A DNA stretch of 64,000 nt from positions 4,685 through 68,684 of the forward strand of contig CAYFYA010000009.1 in the NCBI GenBank assembly GCA_964347325.1, given 5' to 3'. Under the pieces are notes generated by a model, which saw only the letters and a list, made by a program, of their open reading frames with translations, searched no databases and was not told the origin of the DNA. The DNA comes from an uncultured Methanomassiliicoccales archaeon. GTDB taxonomy: Archaea > Thermoplasmatota > Thermoplasmata > RBG-16-68-12 > JAJISG01. Positions 1 to 9,528 of this stretch are shown here, piece after piece; positions within the stretch are counted from its first letter, which is position 1, and each line of letters opens with the position of its first letter. The position numbers were made by a program, and so were the translations under genes.

Positions 1-41
1 ATGACGCTGGTTTTTTAGCTCCTATCCTGCGAACCCATGAT

Positions 42-608
42 GTGTTCCGTGCCCGCGGCAAGAGCCATGCGAAGTTGAAGATCTGCGCCGTAGGAGAGGA
101 GGCGGTCGGAAAGACGAGTTTGATCCGCCGCTTCGTGGCCGACAAGTTCAGCGAGGAGTACATCAAGACCGTCGGTACCCACTTGAGCAAGAAGACTGTG
201 AGGCTAGAAGACCTTGACGGCGGCCCTATCAAGGTGGACGCCATCATCTGGGACATCATGGGCCAGCGGAGCTTCTCAGACCTTATCCAGGATGCCCATT
301 TTCAGGGGGCAAAGGGCGTCTTTGCGGTGTGTGATATCACCCGTACAGACACCCTTGGGAAGCTTAACGGATGGCTGGTGAAGCTCTTCAGCACGGTCGG
401 ACTCGTCCCGGTGGTTATCATGGCGAACAAGTGGGACCTCAAGACGGCTCGCCAAGTCCGGAAGGAGGACATGATGAGAATGTCGGAGACCTACGGCAGT
501 CCCTACTTCCTGACGAGTGCAAAGACGGGGCAGAACGTTCCTCAAGCCTTCGAGGACCTGATAAGGAGAATTCTCGAGAGGCGGGAGACCAAAACGATCA
601 CTGGTTGA
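42..608 (+). CDS. Ras/Rab-like small GTPase (paralog 1 of 3)
   Basis: G1 P-loop GEEAVGKTS; switch I YIKTVGT; G3 WDIMGQ (non-canonical DxxGQ); G4 NKWD; G5 TSAKTG. GTG start at 42, immediately after the ATG at 40. Confidence 0.85.
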   Translation: MFRARGKSHAKLKICAVGEEAVGKTSLIRRFVADKFSEEYIKTVGTHLSKKTVRLEDLDGGPIKVDAIIWDIMGQRSFSDLIQDAHFQGAKGVFAVCDITRTDTLGKLNGWLVKLFSTVGLVPVVIMANKWDLKTARQVRKEDMMRMSETYGSPYFLTSAKTGQNVPQAFEDLIRRILERRETKTITG

Positions 609-747
609 GCCCTCTGCTGAATGTTCCGCAAATCCTGCTCAGGAAGTGCTCCGGAGGGGATGTCATCCTCATAGGGTTCAATCCCTCGATTAAGCCCTGA
701 CAAACGCATGGAAACGTGTTTCTATAACCGTATCCCTACGGATATGA

Positions 748-909
748 AAGTGGAAACGAGGCCTTGACAAGGAAAAAGTCCGGAATGTCGGGAGCAGCCT
801 CATGGTCGCGATCCCCGCGCAGCTCGCCGCCATGGTGGGGATTGAGGCCGGAGATCACTTGGAGTTTGACCATATCGGGGATGGGACGCTGCGGCTGCGG
901 AAGGTCTAG
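748..909 (+). CDS. AbrB/SpoVT-type (swapped-hairpin) small DNA-binding protein; start unresolved, possible frameshift relative to the ATG at 744
   Basis: Open frame from 748 reads ...VRNVGSSLMVAIPAQLAAMVGIEAGDHLEF..., matching the AbrB/MazE core. There is no in-frame ATG/GTG/TTG upstream of M802. The ATG at 744 (MKVETRP*) is in the +2 frame. TTTCTATA TATA-like box at about 720-727. Confidence 0.45.
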   Translation, partial: KWKRGLDKEKVRNVGSSLMVAIPAQLAAMVGIEAGDHLEFDHIGDGTLRLRKV

Positions 910-1175
910 GTGAGGGCCTTCTTCTCACTCTTGAATCTGGTAGAGGCGAGCAGTGCAATGCCGACGAAGACCAGAATCAAGGCAACGACCCCAGTCGGAG
1001 GAATCCACCACGCCCACGACGTCCACACTGAAGGTCCTGGAGAAGAAATGTAGACCCAGCCAAAAACAATGACCCACAAACCTTGTAGCCCAGCCACAGC
1101 GAAGATGAGAGCTACGATCACGAGGCCTGAGTAAAGGGCAGCGAGTCCCCAACCCCTCCTTGTCATGCGTGTCAT
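906..1175 (-). CDS. small membrane protein (3 predicted TM helices)
   Basis: MTRMTRRGWGLAALYSGLVIVALIFAVAGLQGLWVIVFGWVYI... is a hydrophobic 90-aa ORF. The longer upstream ORF extension was ignored. Confidence 0.5.
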   Translation of the reverse strand: MTRMTRRGWGLAALYSGLVIVALIFAVAGLQGLWVIVFGWVYISSPGPSVWTSWAWWIPPTGVVALILVFVGIALLASTRFKSEKKALT

Positions 1176-1340
1176 GAGAACCCCTCGGTCGGCGATATGC
1201 ATGACACACGTTAACGATTGCGATATGTTAGCACGAGACCCCCTGCTTGCAGCATGCTTGCAGGTTGAGGCAGGAAGATCCTCGTCCAAAGTATGGAAGG
1301 GCGCATCCACGCAAGTGCGGATACTGACCCATTTGTGGAG

Positions 1341-1436
1341 TGCTCCCGAGGGGATTTGAACCCCTGTCAGGGGCTTTCTCTGGCTCCAAGGAGCCGCGAG
1401 AGGCCCCGATGCTTGACCGGACTACACCACGGGAGC
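1341..1436 (-). tRNA. intron-containing archaeal tRNA (anticodon tentatively CUC, Glu)
   Basis: Reverse complement gives acceptor GCTCCCG/CGGGAGC plus discriminator A, T-arm AGGGG-TTCAAAT-CCCCT, anticodon stem GGGGC/GCCCC enclosing a 28-nt loop. That is 21 nt more than canonical and contains a GGCTCC-TT-GGAGCC hairpin, consistent with a bulge-helix-bulge intron after position 37. No CCA is encoded. Confidence 0.7.
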
Positions 1437-1543
1437 GGCCTGCCAGCCTACTCCCGCGCCTCTATTTTGGCTTTTCTGTATCGCGAGTGGAAGCCACCGC
1501 CCCGCCGGTAAGGTTAGATAGGGTCACGGCTGTCTGCTTCGGA

Positions 1544-2596
1544 GTGACCTTAGAGATTCGTCCGTTCCAACCTCGATCGGCCACTGAGCCGGAGTGGGCG
1601 ATGTACCACCGGTTTCGCCGCCTGAGACAAGAAGAGCGAGAGCCAGATGACCCGCTCATGGAGGACAGCGCGATGGAGCAGCTGATGAAGCGGCAGGACC
1701 CCCAATGGGAGCAGCTCTACTTCGCCGCCGTTGAGGGAGACAAGGCACCAGACAAGTGCTTGGGGTGGCTCGAGCTGGGTCTAGCACGGAAGGATTCCCT
1801 TGCCCACGAGACAAATGCACATATGTTATGGGTCGAGATTGAGGTTCTCGCTCCCGAGCGCAGACAGGGCATCGGCACTCGCCTGCTGGCCAAGGCGGCC
1901 GAGCTTGCCAAGGAGAGGAATCGATCCCTCATCATAGGCGGGAGCGACGAGGACGAAGGCAAAGCCTTCATCGAAGCCGTGGGGGCCAAGGTGGCCCAGT
2001 GTTGGCGGGAGAGCAGACTTTACCTTGACAGAGTGGATTGGAATATGATGGAGGAGTGGGTCCGGGACGGGCAACAACGGTCGCCCAAGACCACGTTACT
2101 GTTCTTCACCGACATCCCCAATGATTCCGTAATCGAGGAGTACTGCGAACTCCTTCAGGAGGTGTCCAATCAGGAGCCTCGCGGAGATCTCGATCTCGGT
2201 GATGAATTCCTGACACCGGAGATCCTTAGGCAGCGGGTGGCCAACTTCAACAACGCCGGCGGGACGATCCTAAGGGCAATCACTCAGGAGGGCGAGGGTG
2301 ACCTCAGCGGTCTCACAAACATGGGGTACCTCCCCTCCGAGAGAACGCACATCCGCCAATTCATGACAGGGGTCAAGGACGTTCACCGTGGAAGGGGTCT
2401 GGGAAAATGGCTCAAGGCGGCGATGCTCATCAAGGTTCGAGAGGAGTACCCCCAGGTGAAGGTGGTCCGAACAGGCAACGCCACCTCGAACGAGGCGATG
2501 TTGTCCATTAACGTGAGGCTAGGTTTCAAGCCGTATCGGGAGGGGGTCGAGGCGCAGATACCCCTCAAGGCCTTGGAGGCCTACCTCAACTTCTAG
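1544..2596 (+). CDS. tandem-GNAT N-acetyltransferase
   Basis: Two GNAT motif-A regions (RRQGIGTRLLAKAAELA and HRGRGLGKWLKAAMLI). The ORF-track N-terminus (1340-1543) overlaps the tRNA. GTG 1544 (VTLEIRP...) or ATG 1601 is the likely start. Confidence 0.7.
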   Translation: MTLEIRPFQPRSATEPEWAMYHRFRRLRQEEREPDDPLMEDSAMEQLMKRQDPQWEQLYFAAVEGDKAPDKCLGWLELGLARKDSLAHETNAHMLWVEIEVLAPERRQGIGTRLLAKAAELAKERNRSLIIGGSDEDEGKAFIEAVGAKVAQCWRESRLYLDRVDWNMMEEWVRDGQQRSPKTTLLFFTDIPNDSVIEEYCELLQEVSNQEPRGDLDLGDEFLTPEILRQRVANFNNAGGTILRAITQEGEGDLSGLTNMGYLPSERTHIRQFMTGVKDVHRGRGLGKWLKAAMLIKVREEYPQVKVVRTGNATSNEAMLSINVRLGFKPYREGVEAQIPLKALEAYLNF

Positions 2597-2606
2597 GGCC
2601 GATTCC

Positions 2607-4088
2607 TTAGGGAAGGACGAGTCCAAAGGCCTCCTTCATCGCCTCACCCGTCTCGTCCATGAACAGGTGTTTTAACTCTGTGTACTCGTGCAGCCCGTAG
2701 ATCCCGAGCTCTCTTCCGACGCCTGACTGCTTGTAGCCGCCGTGGGGTGTCGCGCAGCTGAGGATGTGGTGATGGTTGACCCAGACCGTGCCCGCCTTGA
2801 TCTTACGTGCGAACTCCTCTCCACGCTGAAGGTCCCCCGTCCAGACCGAAGCAGCCAGCCCGTAGGAGGTCCCGTTGGCGAGTTCCAGGGCCTCTGATTG
2901 GTCGTCGTAGGTAAGAACAGAAAGCACTGGGCCGAAGATTTCCTCCTGGGCAATCCGCATGTCGTTCTCCACGCCGTCGAAGATCGTCGGTTCCAAGAAG
3001 AAGCCCTTCTCAAATCCCTCTGGCCTCTTTCCCCCCAGGACAAGATGGGCTCCCTCTTCGACGCCACTGGTGATGTAGCCCTCCACCTCCTCCCGCTGTT
3101 TCTCAGAGATCAGAGGCCCCATGTCGGTCTCCCACGAGGCCGGAGTTCCGAGTCGCATGGCCTTGGCCCTATTCACAAGGCCTTCCACGAAGGAGTCATG
3201 GAGGTGTGAGGGGAGGATGAGGCGGGTCCCCGAGAGACATATCTGACCCTGGTGGAGGTACGCCCCGAAGAGGGTCCCCTGGAGGGTCTCCTCAGAGTCC
3301 GCGTCATCCAGCACAACCATAGGGGATTTCCCGCCGAGTTCGAGGGTGACCTTCTTCACTGTCGGTGCGGCCATGGCCATGACCTCTCTCCCGACCTCGG
3401 TGGAGCCGGTGAAGGCGACCCTGTCCACGTCTGGGTGGGTGACCAGCTCCCGACCAACCTCCCTCCCCGCACCCGTTATGATGTTGAGGACTCCTGGAGG
3501 TACTCCCGCATCGAGGGCCATCCTACCGTATTCCAAGGCCGTCAGGGGCGTGTATGAGGCAGGTTTGAGGACCATGCTGTTCCCGGCGGCCAGGGCCGGT
3601 GCGACCTTCCACACGGCCATGAGAAGGGGGAAGTTCCACGGGAGAATTCCTGAACAGACACCGATGGGCTCCCGCACGACTCGGCTCTTGATGCCGATGT
3701 CTGGGAGGTCGACGATCTCGTCCCCCAGTCTCGCTGCCAGGCGGGCGAAGTGCCGGGTATGCTCGATGACCATGGGGATGTCAGCATAGCTAGCTTGACG
3801 GATGGGCTTCCCGCCGTTTAGAGACTCCAGGGATGCGATTTCCTCGGCGTTGGCTTCCACCAATCTGGCCAGCCTCTCCAGGACCTCGCCTCTCTTTGAC
3901 GGATTCATCGTGGGCCACGGGCCCATGTCGAAGGCGTCCCTCGCGGCATCGATGGCTGTCCTGGCGTCCTCCCTGGACGCCTTTGGCACTGTCGCGATGA
4001 CGTCTTCGGTGGACGGGTCGAGGACGTCGTAGGTCTCGCCGGAGGCCGCGTCCACCCACTGATCTCCGATCAACATCTGGTACTGCAT
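2607..4088 (-). CDS. NAD(P)-dependent aldehyde dehydrogenase
   Basis: ALDH signatures VTLELGGKSP and EEIFGPVL plus catalytic Cys region QGQICLSG. Start taken at MQYQMLIGDQW. Confidence 0.9.
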   Translation of the reverse strand: MQYQMLIGDQWVDAASGETYDVLDPSTEDVIATVPKASREDARTAIDAARDAFDMGPWPTMNPSKRGEVLERLARLVEANAEEIASLESLNGGKPIRQASYADIPMVIEHTRHFARLAARLGDEIVDLPDIGIKSRVVREPIGVCSGILPWNFPLLMAVWKVAPALAAGNSMVLKPASYTPLTALEYGRMALDAGVPPGVLNIITGAGREVGRELVTHPDVDRVAFTGSTEVGREVMAMAAPTVKKVTLELGGKSPMVVLDDADSEETLQGTLFGAYLHQGQICLSGTRLILPSHLHDSFVEGLVNRAKAMRLGTPASWETDMGPLISEKQREEVEGYITSGVEEGAHLVLGGKRPEGFEKGFFLEPTIFDGVENDMRIAQEEIFGPVLSVLTYDDQSEALELANGTSYGLAASVWTGDLQRGEEFARKIKAGTVWVNHHHILSCATPHGGYKQSGVGRELGIYGLHEYTELKHLFMDETGEAMKEAFGLVLP

Positions 4089-4152
4089 GGGATTCCCCGC
4101 GGAAAGACGCCACACTTATACTTCTGTTCTTCCATGGAGCCCGGGGAAGCGG

Positions 4153-5199
4153 TTGAGGGCAGTCCAGTACCACGGTCCGGGGAAGCCCCTGACCCTCGAG
4201 AACGTCGAGGACCCGGAACCTGAGTCGCGGGAGATCCTAGTTCGCGTCGAAGCCTGTGGGGCCTGTCACAGCGATCTGCACGCCATGCAGGAGCACTTCG
4301 CACCGTTGGACGAGGGTCACATCCCCGGCCACGAGATCTCAGGCCGTGTAGAGGCCTTCGGCACCGACTGCAGGAACTCCTACGACCTCAGCGGGGGTGA
4401 TCCTGTGATCGTCTCCTGGATCGCCTCTTGTGGCGTTTGCCCCGAGTGCCAGCGAGGCGAGGAGAATTACTGCAGATACTTGGAGCATCCGGGGCTGACT
4501 CCCGACCGTCCCGGTGGTCTAGCCGAGCTGGTCGCCGTCCCGGAGCACGTCGTGATCCCCTTCCCGCCCGAGGTTCCCCTGGAGGATGCGAGCGTGCTGT
4601 CGTGCGCCTACGGGACGGCCTATAACGCTCTCCGGAACCGAGGTCGCCTCCGGGGTGGTGAAACCATGGCCGTCTTCGGCTGTGGCGGGCTGGGGCTAGC
4701 GACCATACAGCTGGGGACCATCTTCGGAGCCTCGACGATCGTTGGGGTGGACATCTTGGAGGAGAAGCTGCCGTTGGCCGGGGAGCTGGGGGCGAGCGTC
4801 CTCATCGACGCCTCGAAGGAGGATAGTGTGGGTCGGATACTGGAGGTCACGAGACAGAGGGGTGTAGACTTGGCCCTGGAGGCCCAGCCCGAGCCAGACC
4901 TCATCAGATCCCTGGAGGTCGTCCGGAGGGGTGGACGAGTCGTTGTCATGGGACTTCACCCCATGGGTTCGGAGATTCCGATGGACATCATGGGGTTCTC
5001 CCTCTACAACCTCTCCCTTGTCGCCTGCTTCGGTTACAGCCCCAGAAGAGATCTCCCCCAGCTCGTGAACCTGGTGGCCGCAGAGCGTCTCGACCCGGGC
5101 AAGATCATCAGTCGCTACTATCCACTGGAGGCCGTTAACGAGGCCTACGCGGACCTGGAGTTGGGGAGGGTAGCCAGGGCGGTCATCAGAGTCCGCTAG
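4153..5199 (+). CDS. zinc-dependent alcohol dehydrogenase (MDR family)
   Basis: CGACHSDLH, GHEISGRVEAFG and GCGGLGLATIQLG Rossmann motif. Likely TTG start at 4153 (MRAVQYHGPGKPL), divergent from the ALDH gene. Confidence 0.85.
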   Translation: MRAVQYHGPGKPLTLENVEDPEPESREILVRVEACGACHSDLHAMQEHFAPLDEGHIPGHEISGRVEAFGTDCRNSYDLSGGDPVIVSWIASCGVCPECQRGEENYCRYLEHPGLTPDRPGGLAELVAVPEHVVIPFPPEVPLEDASVLSCAYGTAYNALRNRGRLRGGETMAVFGCGGLGLATIQLGTIFGASTIVGVDILEEKLPLAGELGASVLIDASKEDSVGRILEVTRQRGVDLALEAQPEPDLIRSLEVVRRGGRVVVMGLHPMGSEIPMDIMGFSLYNLSLVACFGYSPRRDLPQLVNLVAAERLDPGKIISRYYPLEAVNEAYADLELGRVARAVIRVR

Positions 5200-5202
5200 C
5201 TC

Positions 5203-5607
5203 TCAGACGAACTCCGTGGGCACCTCACCTGCGGTCGACACCAGGAGCTTGGCGGCCTTGGTGTACCGCATTACCTTCATCATGCTACCCTTAAGCTTGA
5301 ACTTGCCCGTGAGGAGGCCTCGGATCGGGTCGATCTCCTTGTTGATCAGCTTGATCCAGTTGCCGTAGGGGCCAGCATACGTGAAGGCTGTATCGAGTTC
5401 TTCCCCGGGTTCCAGCATCCGGGCCTCTCGACACTTCCCGTGCCACAGGTTGACGTAGAAGACAGCCTCTTCCTCGAGGCCGCCCTCCGGCTGACATATG
5501 AATAGGAAGTCCCCCTCCCAGTCCCTGGCGGCCTCCGCATACGCCTCGTTGCTGTTGATCCTCTCCATGAAGATTTCAATCCACTCTTGTGAAGGAAAGG
5601 TGGCCAT
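5203..5607 (-). CDS. SCP2 sterol-carrier domain protein
   Basis: C-terminal LLTGKFKLKGSMMKVMRY matches the SCP2 signature. Paralog of the ORF at 59346. Confidence 0.7.
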   Translation of the reverse strand: MATFPSQEWIEIFMERINSNEAYAEAARDWEGDFLFICQPEGGLEEEAVFYVNLWHGKCREARMLEPGEELDTAFTYAGPYGNWIKLINKEIDPIRGLLTGKFKLKGSMMKVMRYTKAAKLLVSTAGEVPTEFV

Positions 5608-5670
5608 GCTTACCGCTGTCTCGGTACGGGAACTCACTATTTAACACACCTCAAGGCGTCCGGGCCCGAT

Positions 5671-7689
5671 CTATCCCCAGGGCGACGGCACGAGGGTCGA
5701 CTCTGACCAGTAGACGTCCACGATGGCCCCCTCCAGCACGACCACGGCTATCGTCACCACCTCCCCACGGAGCCAGGCCGAGACCGCCAGCTCAAGGGTT
5801 CTCCAGGAGGCCTGGGAGTCGCCAGTTACGACGCCAAGCTGGTTCTCCGTGACGACGTGTGTCGTCCCGTTGATCGTGATGATGATCTCGTTCCCCGCTC
5901 CCCCTGGGGCTATCCCGATGAAGGCGTTCTCGATGGTGTGGTTTTGCCAGATGGCCTGAATGTCCGCTGGCTGGCCAAAGGTCTTGGCCCGGTACGAGTC
6001 GACAGCCCTCTCCAGGTTGCTGTCTATGACGGGGGGCGCGGTGTACTCCTCACCGTCGACGATGGCATACTTCTGGATAGTGAAGCCAGCATACAGAGGG
6101 ACCACGTAGGCGTACCTCACGTGACCTCCGACCATCCGGAAGGGGTACAGGTAGGCCTCGTCGATCCTCAGCTGCTGGAACCCGATGGCGCCGCTCGCCA
6201 GGTAGTTGCTGACCTGGAGTATGACGGTATCCAAGTCCACCACGCTCAGGCCCTCGAGGTTGAAGAAAAAGGCCTCCCCCGTCCTCGAGTTGACGTTGAC
6301 GACGCCGCCGAGGACGCGACTAGCTTGCTGGACCAAGGGGACCTGCCAGTACGAGGTCCCTCCGACCACTACGAAGCGGGATGCCACGTCGTCTGGGTTG
6401 TAGAGGTGGAGCTTGTTGACCACGCCGTAAGTCAACCCGAACCTATTGGCGGCCCACCAGGAGGTCCAGTCGTACACGTACTCATCTGGGATAACCACCT
6501 CTAACCAGGAGGGGATGGTCGGGTCGTCGACGTCGTGGACCGTGAACCCACCGGATTGCGCGTCAACGATGACGATCTTCCGGAGGACTCCTCGATCCTG
6601 TAGGTTGAGATTCTCGGCCATGTACAGAATCCAGAAGGGATTGAGGTCGTCGTCGACGTCGAAGCGCACCTGGAAGATGTAGAGCTCGCCCGAGAACTGT
6701 TCATTCACCTTCTTGATCAACCGTCTCTCCCAAGGGATCCGTTCCTCGTGGATTTCAAGGGGCTTCTCCACCACCTGAACGACCTGCGGCTCCTGGCGAG
6801 TCATGTTCTCAGGCAGGTTCTTCAGGAGGACGAAGAAGGGGACGTGGGGGTTTCCAAGCCATTTCAGGGTCTCGTAGGTCGGGGCATTCACCCAGACGAA
6901 GTCGCCCCTTACGATCGTCGGATGGGTGTACTGGAAAAGGAAGTCCGGGTCATCCTCGAAGGCGCTGGCGAAAGGACCGTAAGCCCGCCGGAGATACTGG
7001 GTGGCCAGATCCCACGACACGACACGGATGTGACTCGTGTTTGTGACGAAGAAGCTCGGATTCCCTTCGATGGTGTTTTCCGTGAGCGCCCGGGGTAGTG
7101 GTGTCGTCGTGGCACCCGCCGGAAAAACCGCCAGGCTAATCACTGGTCCCGCGATGATCGAGAGCCCTAGGAGGAAGGCGAGGAGCCGAGGTCGTGTCAC
7201 CCACGGGACGGCGTTGTAGAGCCTGCCAAGGAGCCGCCTGTGACCTGCGATGGCGACTACGATGACGGCCACGACGAGGATGATTACAACCCAGAGCGAC
7301 AGTCCCAGGCCGTCCGCTCCCGCCGGCACCAGGGACGGGGCGAGGGCGTAGAAAGAAACGGCGGATCCTGCGGCCCACGCCCCAAAGCCGTGTAGAAGCA
7401 TGAAGGGCAGCCATCGGTGGTCGAGCATCAGGTCCAAGATGAGACCGCCCAAGAGGGCCATCATACACCATGTCAGAAGAGCGAGAGGGGAGCCGATGTA
7501 GAAGCCGTAGGTCAGCAGTACGGTAGCAGCCACCACCTCGATGAAGATGACCGTCCCAACGAGGCGGCCCCAGGGGAAGCGCCATCCCTTCCTCGTCATC
7601 TTCGGCTCGAAGTACAGGCCCATAAGAGCTGCTGGCAGTAGGGCAAGGAGATAGGTGCTGACGGCCATGAGCCCGAGATACTTATCCAA
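5671..7689 (-). CDS. large polytopic membrane protein with ~450-aa extracytoplasmic C-terminal domain, unknown function
   Basis: 5-6 N-terminal TM helices followed by a soluble domain with N-glycosylation sequons. No recognisable catalytic motif and no WWDYG, so it is not AglB. Confidence 0.6.
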   Translation of the reverse strand: MDKYLGLMAVSTYLLALLPAALMGLYFEPKMTRKGWRFPWGRLVGTVIFIEVVAATVLLTYGFYIGSPLALLTWCMMALLGGLILDLMLDHRWLPFMLLHGFGAWAAGSAVSFYALAPSLVPAGADGLGLSLWVVIILVVAVIVVAIAGHRRLLGRLYNAVPWVTRPRLLAFLLGLSIIAGPVISLAVFPAGATTTPLPRALTENTIEGNPSFFVTNTSHIRVVSWDLATQYLRRAYGPFASAFEDDPDFLFQYTHPTIVRGDFVWVNAPTYETLKWLGNPHVPFFVLLKNLPENMTRQEPQVVQVVEKPLEIHEERIPWERRLIKKVNEQFSGELYIFQVRFDVDDDLNPFWILYMAENLNLQDRGVLRKIVIVDAQSGGFTVHDVDDPTIPSWLEVVIPDEYVYDWTSWWAANRFGLTYGVVNKLHLYNPDDVASRFVVVGGTSYWQVPLVQQASRVLGGVVNVNSRTGEAFFFNLEGLSVVDLDTVILQVSNYLASGAIGFQQLRIDEAYLYPFRMVGGHVRYAYVVPLYAGFTIQKYAIVDGEEYTAPPVIDSNLERAVDSYRAKTFGQPADIQAIWQNHTIENAFIGIAPGGAGNEIIITINGTTHVVTENQLGVVTGDSQASWRTLELAVSAWLRGEVVTIAVVVLEGAIVDVYWSESTLVPSPWG

Positions 7690-7740
7690 GGATTTGGCCT
7701 TTTGCTAACTCCAGCGAACCCAGTCATCCCCTGATGAGTC

Positions 7741-8772
7741 TCAGGGCTGGTCGTAAGCGTAGTAGTAATCGGGCTCCTCCTGGCTGGCCATGATATCTCT
7801 CATCTCGGCCAGGAGGTCTCGCTGCTCCTTGGCGTAGTGGACCATCGAACTCTCCTGTAGGAGCTGTGCCACAAGGACTCGTACGGTTCTGAAGGGGTGC
7901 ACCCCGGTGAGCTGGGCGTGGCTCCTTGCCCTGGCGACCCTAACCTTCCTTGACCCGCCGGCGAAGAGGCCGCCGCCGACCTGTCCCTCCTCGGTGGTTC
8001 CCCCCACCCCGCCGCCCGCGAAGGCCTCATCGGCGCCGGTGCCGATGCCGGAAGCCGTTACGGGGATGATGGTACCGTACCCGAAGATCCTCCCGAGGAC
8101 TCCTTGGGTCGTCGTCAGGTCCGTGACGTTTTCATATCTCACGGTCCTCTCGCGCTTCCGGATAATGCCGGCCTTGAGTATCAATCGAAGGTCGGTCACG
8201 AGGTAAGTATGGCTTCTCCTGTAGAGATCCACCAGCCCCATTCCGAGGACGGCCATGACGGTGGAGTAGACCGGGAGGAAGAAGGCGTTGGCGCCTATGT
8301 CCGGGGCCTGGATCGTGAGGTATAGAGCGAAGGCGATGAAGGCCCCGAAGACCGCCAGGTATGTCCACCTGATGAGGATGACGGACGCGCCGATAGCGAA
8401 GACCGTGAGGGCCAGGGCCCAGATGAGGAAACGGATTGCTGTCACGCCTGCCGAGTACCCGAGGAAGTCCTCGAAGGATACCCATCCAGTGACAGCGTTG
8501 AAGAGATAGGCGAATCCGATGCCCACGCCGAGGAGGTAGATGAAGGGCGTGTGGAGGTCCAGGAAGGAGAGGGGGTGGGGGGTGAGTTCGGCCCTGAGGT
8601 CTTCCCCTCGGAGCAGGTCATATCTGGGCCTCCAAGGCCCAGGGATACGGCGAAAGGCCGCTTTCAGCCGATAGAGTAACCGCGAGCGCACCCCATTCCC
8701 TTGAACCGGCGGATGCAGCCCTGAAGTTAAATATGTTTCGGGAGAGGCTAGCCCTTGGTCGCTCTCCCCCAA
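7741..8772 (-). CDS. membrane protein with bacterial-type PH (bPH_2/DUF304-like) domain
   Basis: TM helices then YLVTDLRLILKAGIIRKRERTVRYENVTDLTTTQGVLGRIFGYGTI (bPH_2 pattern). Gly-rich low-complexity linker. The start is uncertain and overlaps the 3' end of the next gene. Confidence 0.6.
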   Translation of the reverse strand: MGESDQGLASPETYLTSGLHPPVQGNGVRSRLLYRLKAAFRRIPGPWRPRYDLLRGEDLRAELTPHPLSFLDLHTPFIYLLGVGIGFAYLFNAVTGWVSFEDFLGYSAGVTAIRFLIWALALTVFAIGASVILIRWTYLAVFGAFIAFALYLTIQAPDIGANAFFLPVYSTVMAVLGMGLVDLYRRSHTYLVTDLRLILKAGIIRKRERTVRYENVTDLTTTQGVLGRIFGYGTIIPVTASGIGTGADEAFAGGGVGGTTEEGQVGGGLFAGGSRKVRVARARSHAQLTGVHPFRTVRVLVAQLLQESSMVHYAKEQRDLLAEMRDIMASQEEPDYYYAYDQP

Positions 8773-9497
8773 ACCTGTCTCTTGATCTTTTTGAAGCCCA
8801 TCTGCTCGCTCAGGTTGATCGATACATCGTTGTCCTGAAACACGTGACAGACGGGCGTCTTACCAAGCGCGAAGACCCTCTCCAGCAGTGCGGTCGCGGT
8901 GGTCTTCGCATAACCGCGACCTCGATAGGGCTTCCTGACGTGGAGGAAACCCAGCATGATGACGTCGTCGGTCTCTAGATGTGTCATGTCCCAGGCGGCC
9001 AGCTCACCATCGACGTAGATTCCTGCCGTCATTCCAGTCTCGATTCTCGAACGGACGTAGTCTGTTGCCTCACTGTCTAGCCACCTCTGAGCGATCATCT
9101 CGGCGTGTTCTGGCCTCACAGGTTCTGTCTCCATCACGCTGGTCGGGCGGAAGTCCTCATGCTTCATGTCGAAGAGCCACGTCGGTTCCTCGATCTCCAC
9201 CTCCATGACCTCCTCCATGATCGGTATCAGGTCCAGGTCCACGGCCGAGAAGTGGTAGTCCCCCGCTGGAAGCTTTGAGAGGACTTCGCGCAACCGGTCT
9301 GAGTCGGTGGCAGTCAGGCAGAGGCTTCCCTGTTCCAGATCGAAAACAGCGATGGCCTGCAGATCATCCAAATCGTCGAACAGAACTTCAGGACCGGGCT
9401 CGCCATGAAAGATCCGGTGGATGACCCAGGCGTTCCCCGCAGGGTCCTGTTCCAGCCAAGTACGAATCCTGGCTAGCTCACCCTCCGAAAGGTCCAC
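8748..9497 (-). CDS. GNAT family acetyltransferase
   Basis: C-terminal GNAT core VRKPYRGRGYAKTTATALLERV...NLSEQMGFKKI. Confidence 0.65.
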   Translation of the reverse strand: MDLSEGELARIRTWLEQDPAGNAWVIHRIFHGEPGPEVLFDDLDDLQAIAVFDLEQGSLCLTATDSDRLREVLSKLPAGDYHFSAVDLDLIPIMEEVMEVEIEEPTWLFDMKHEDFRPTSVMETEPVRPEHAEMIAQRWLDSEATDYVRSRIETGMTAGIYVDGELAAWDMTHLETDDVIMLGFLHVRKPYRGRGYAKTTATALLERVFALGKTPVCHVFQDNDVSINLSEQMGFKKIKRQVWGRATKG

Positions 9498-9528
9498 GAC
9501 TAGCCAAGGACGACGGGGTATTAAGCCG

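Noticed and set aside
1340-1543. N-terminal 68 codons of the ORF-track protein 1340..2596
   Set aside because: Overlaps the minus-strand tRNA (1341..1436). The GNAT domain begins near 1544, so the extension is an artefact of the longest-ORF convention.
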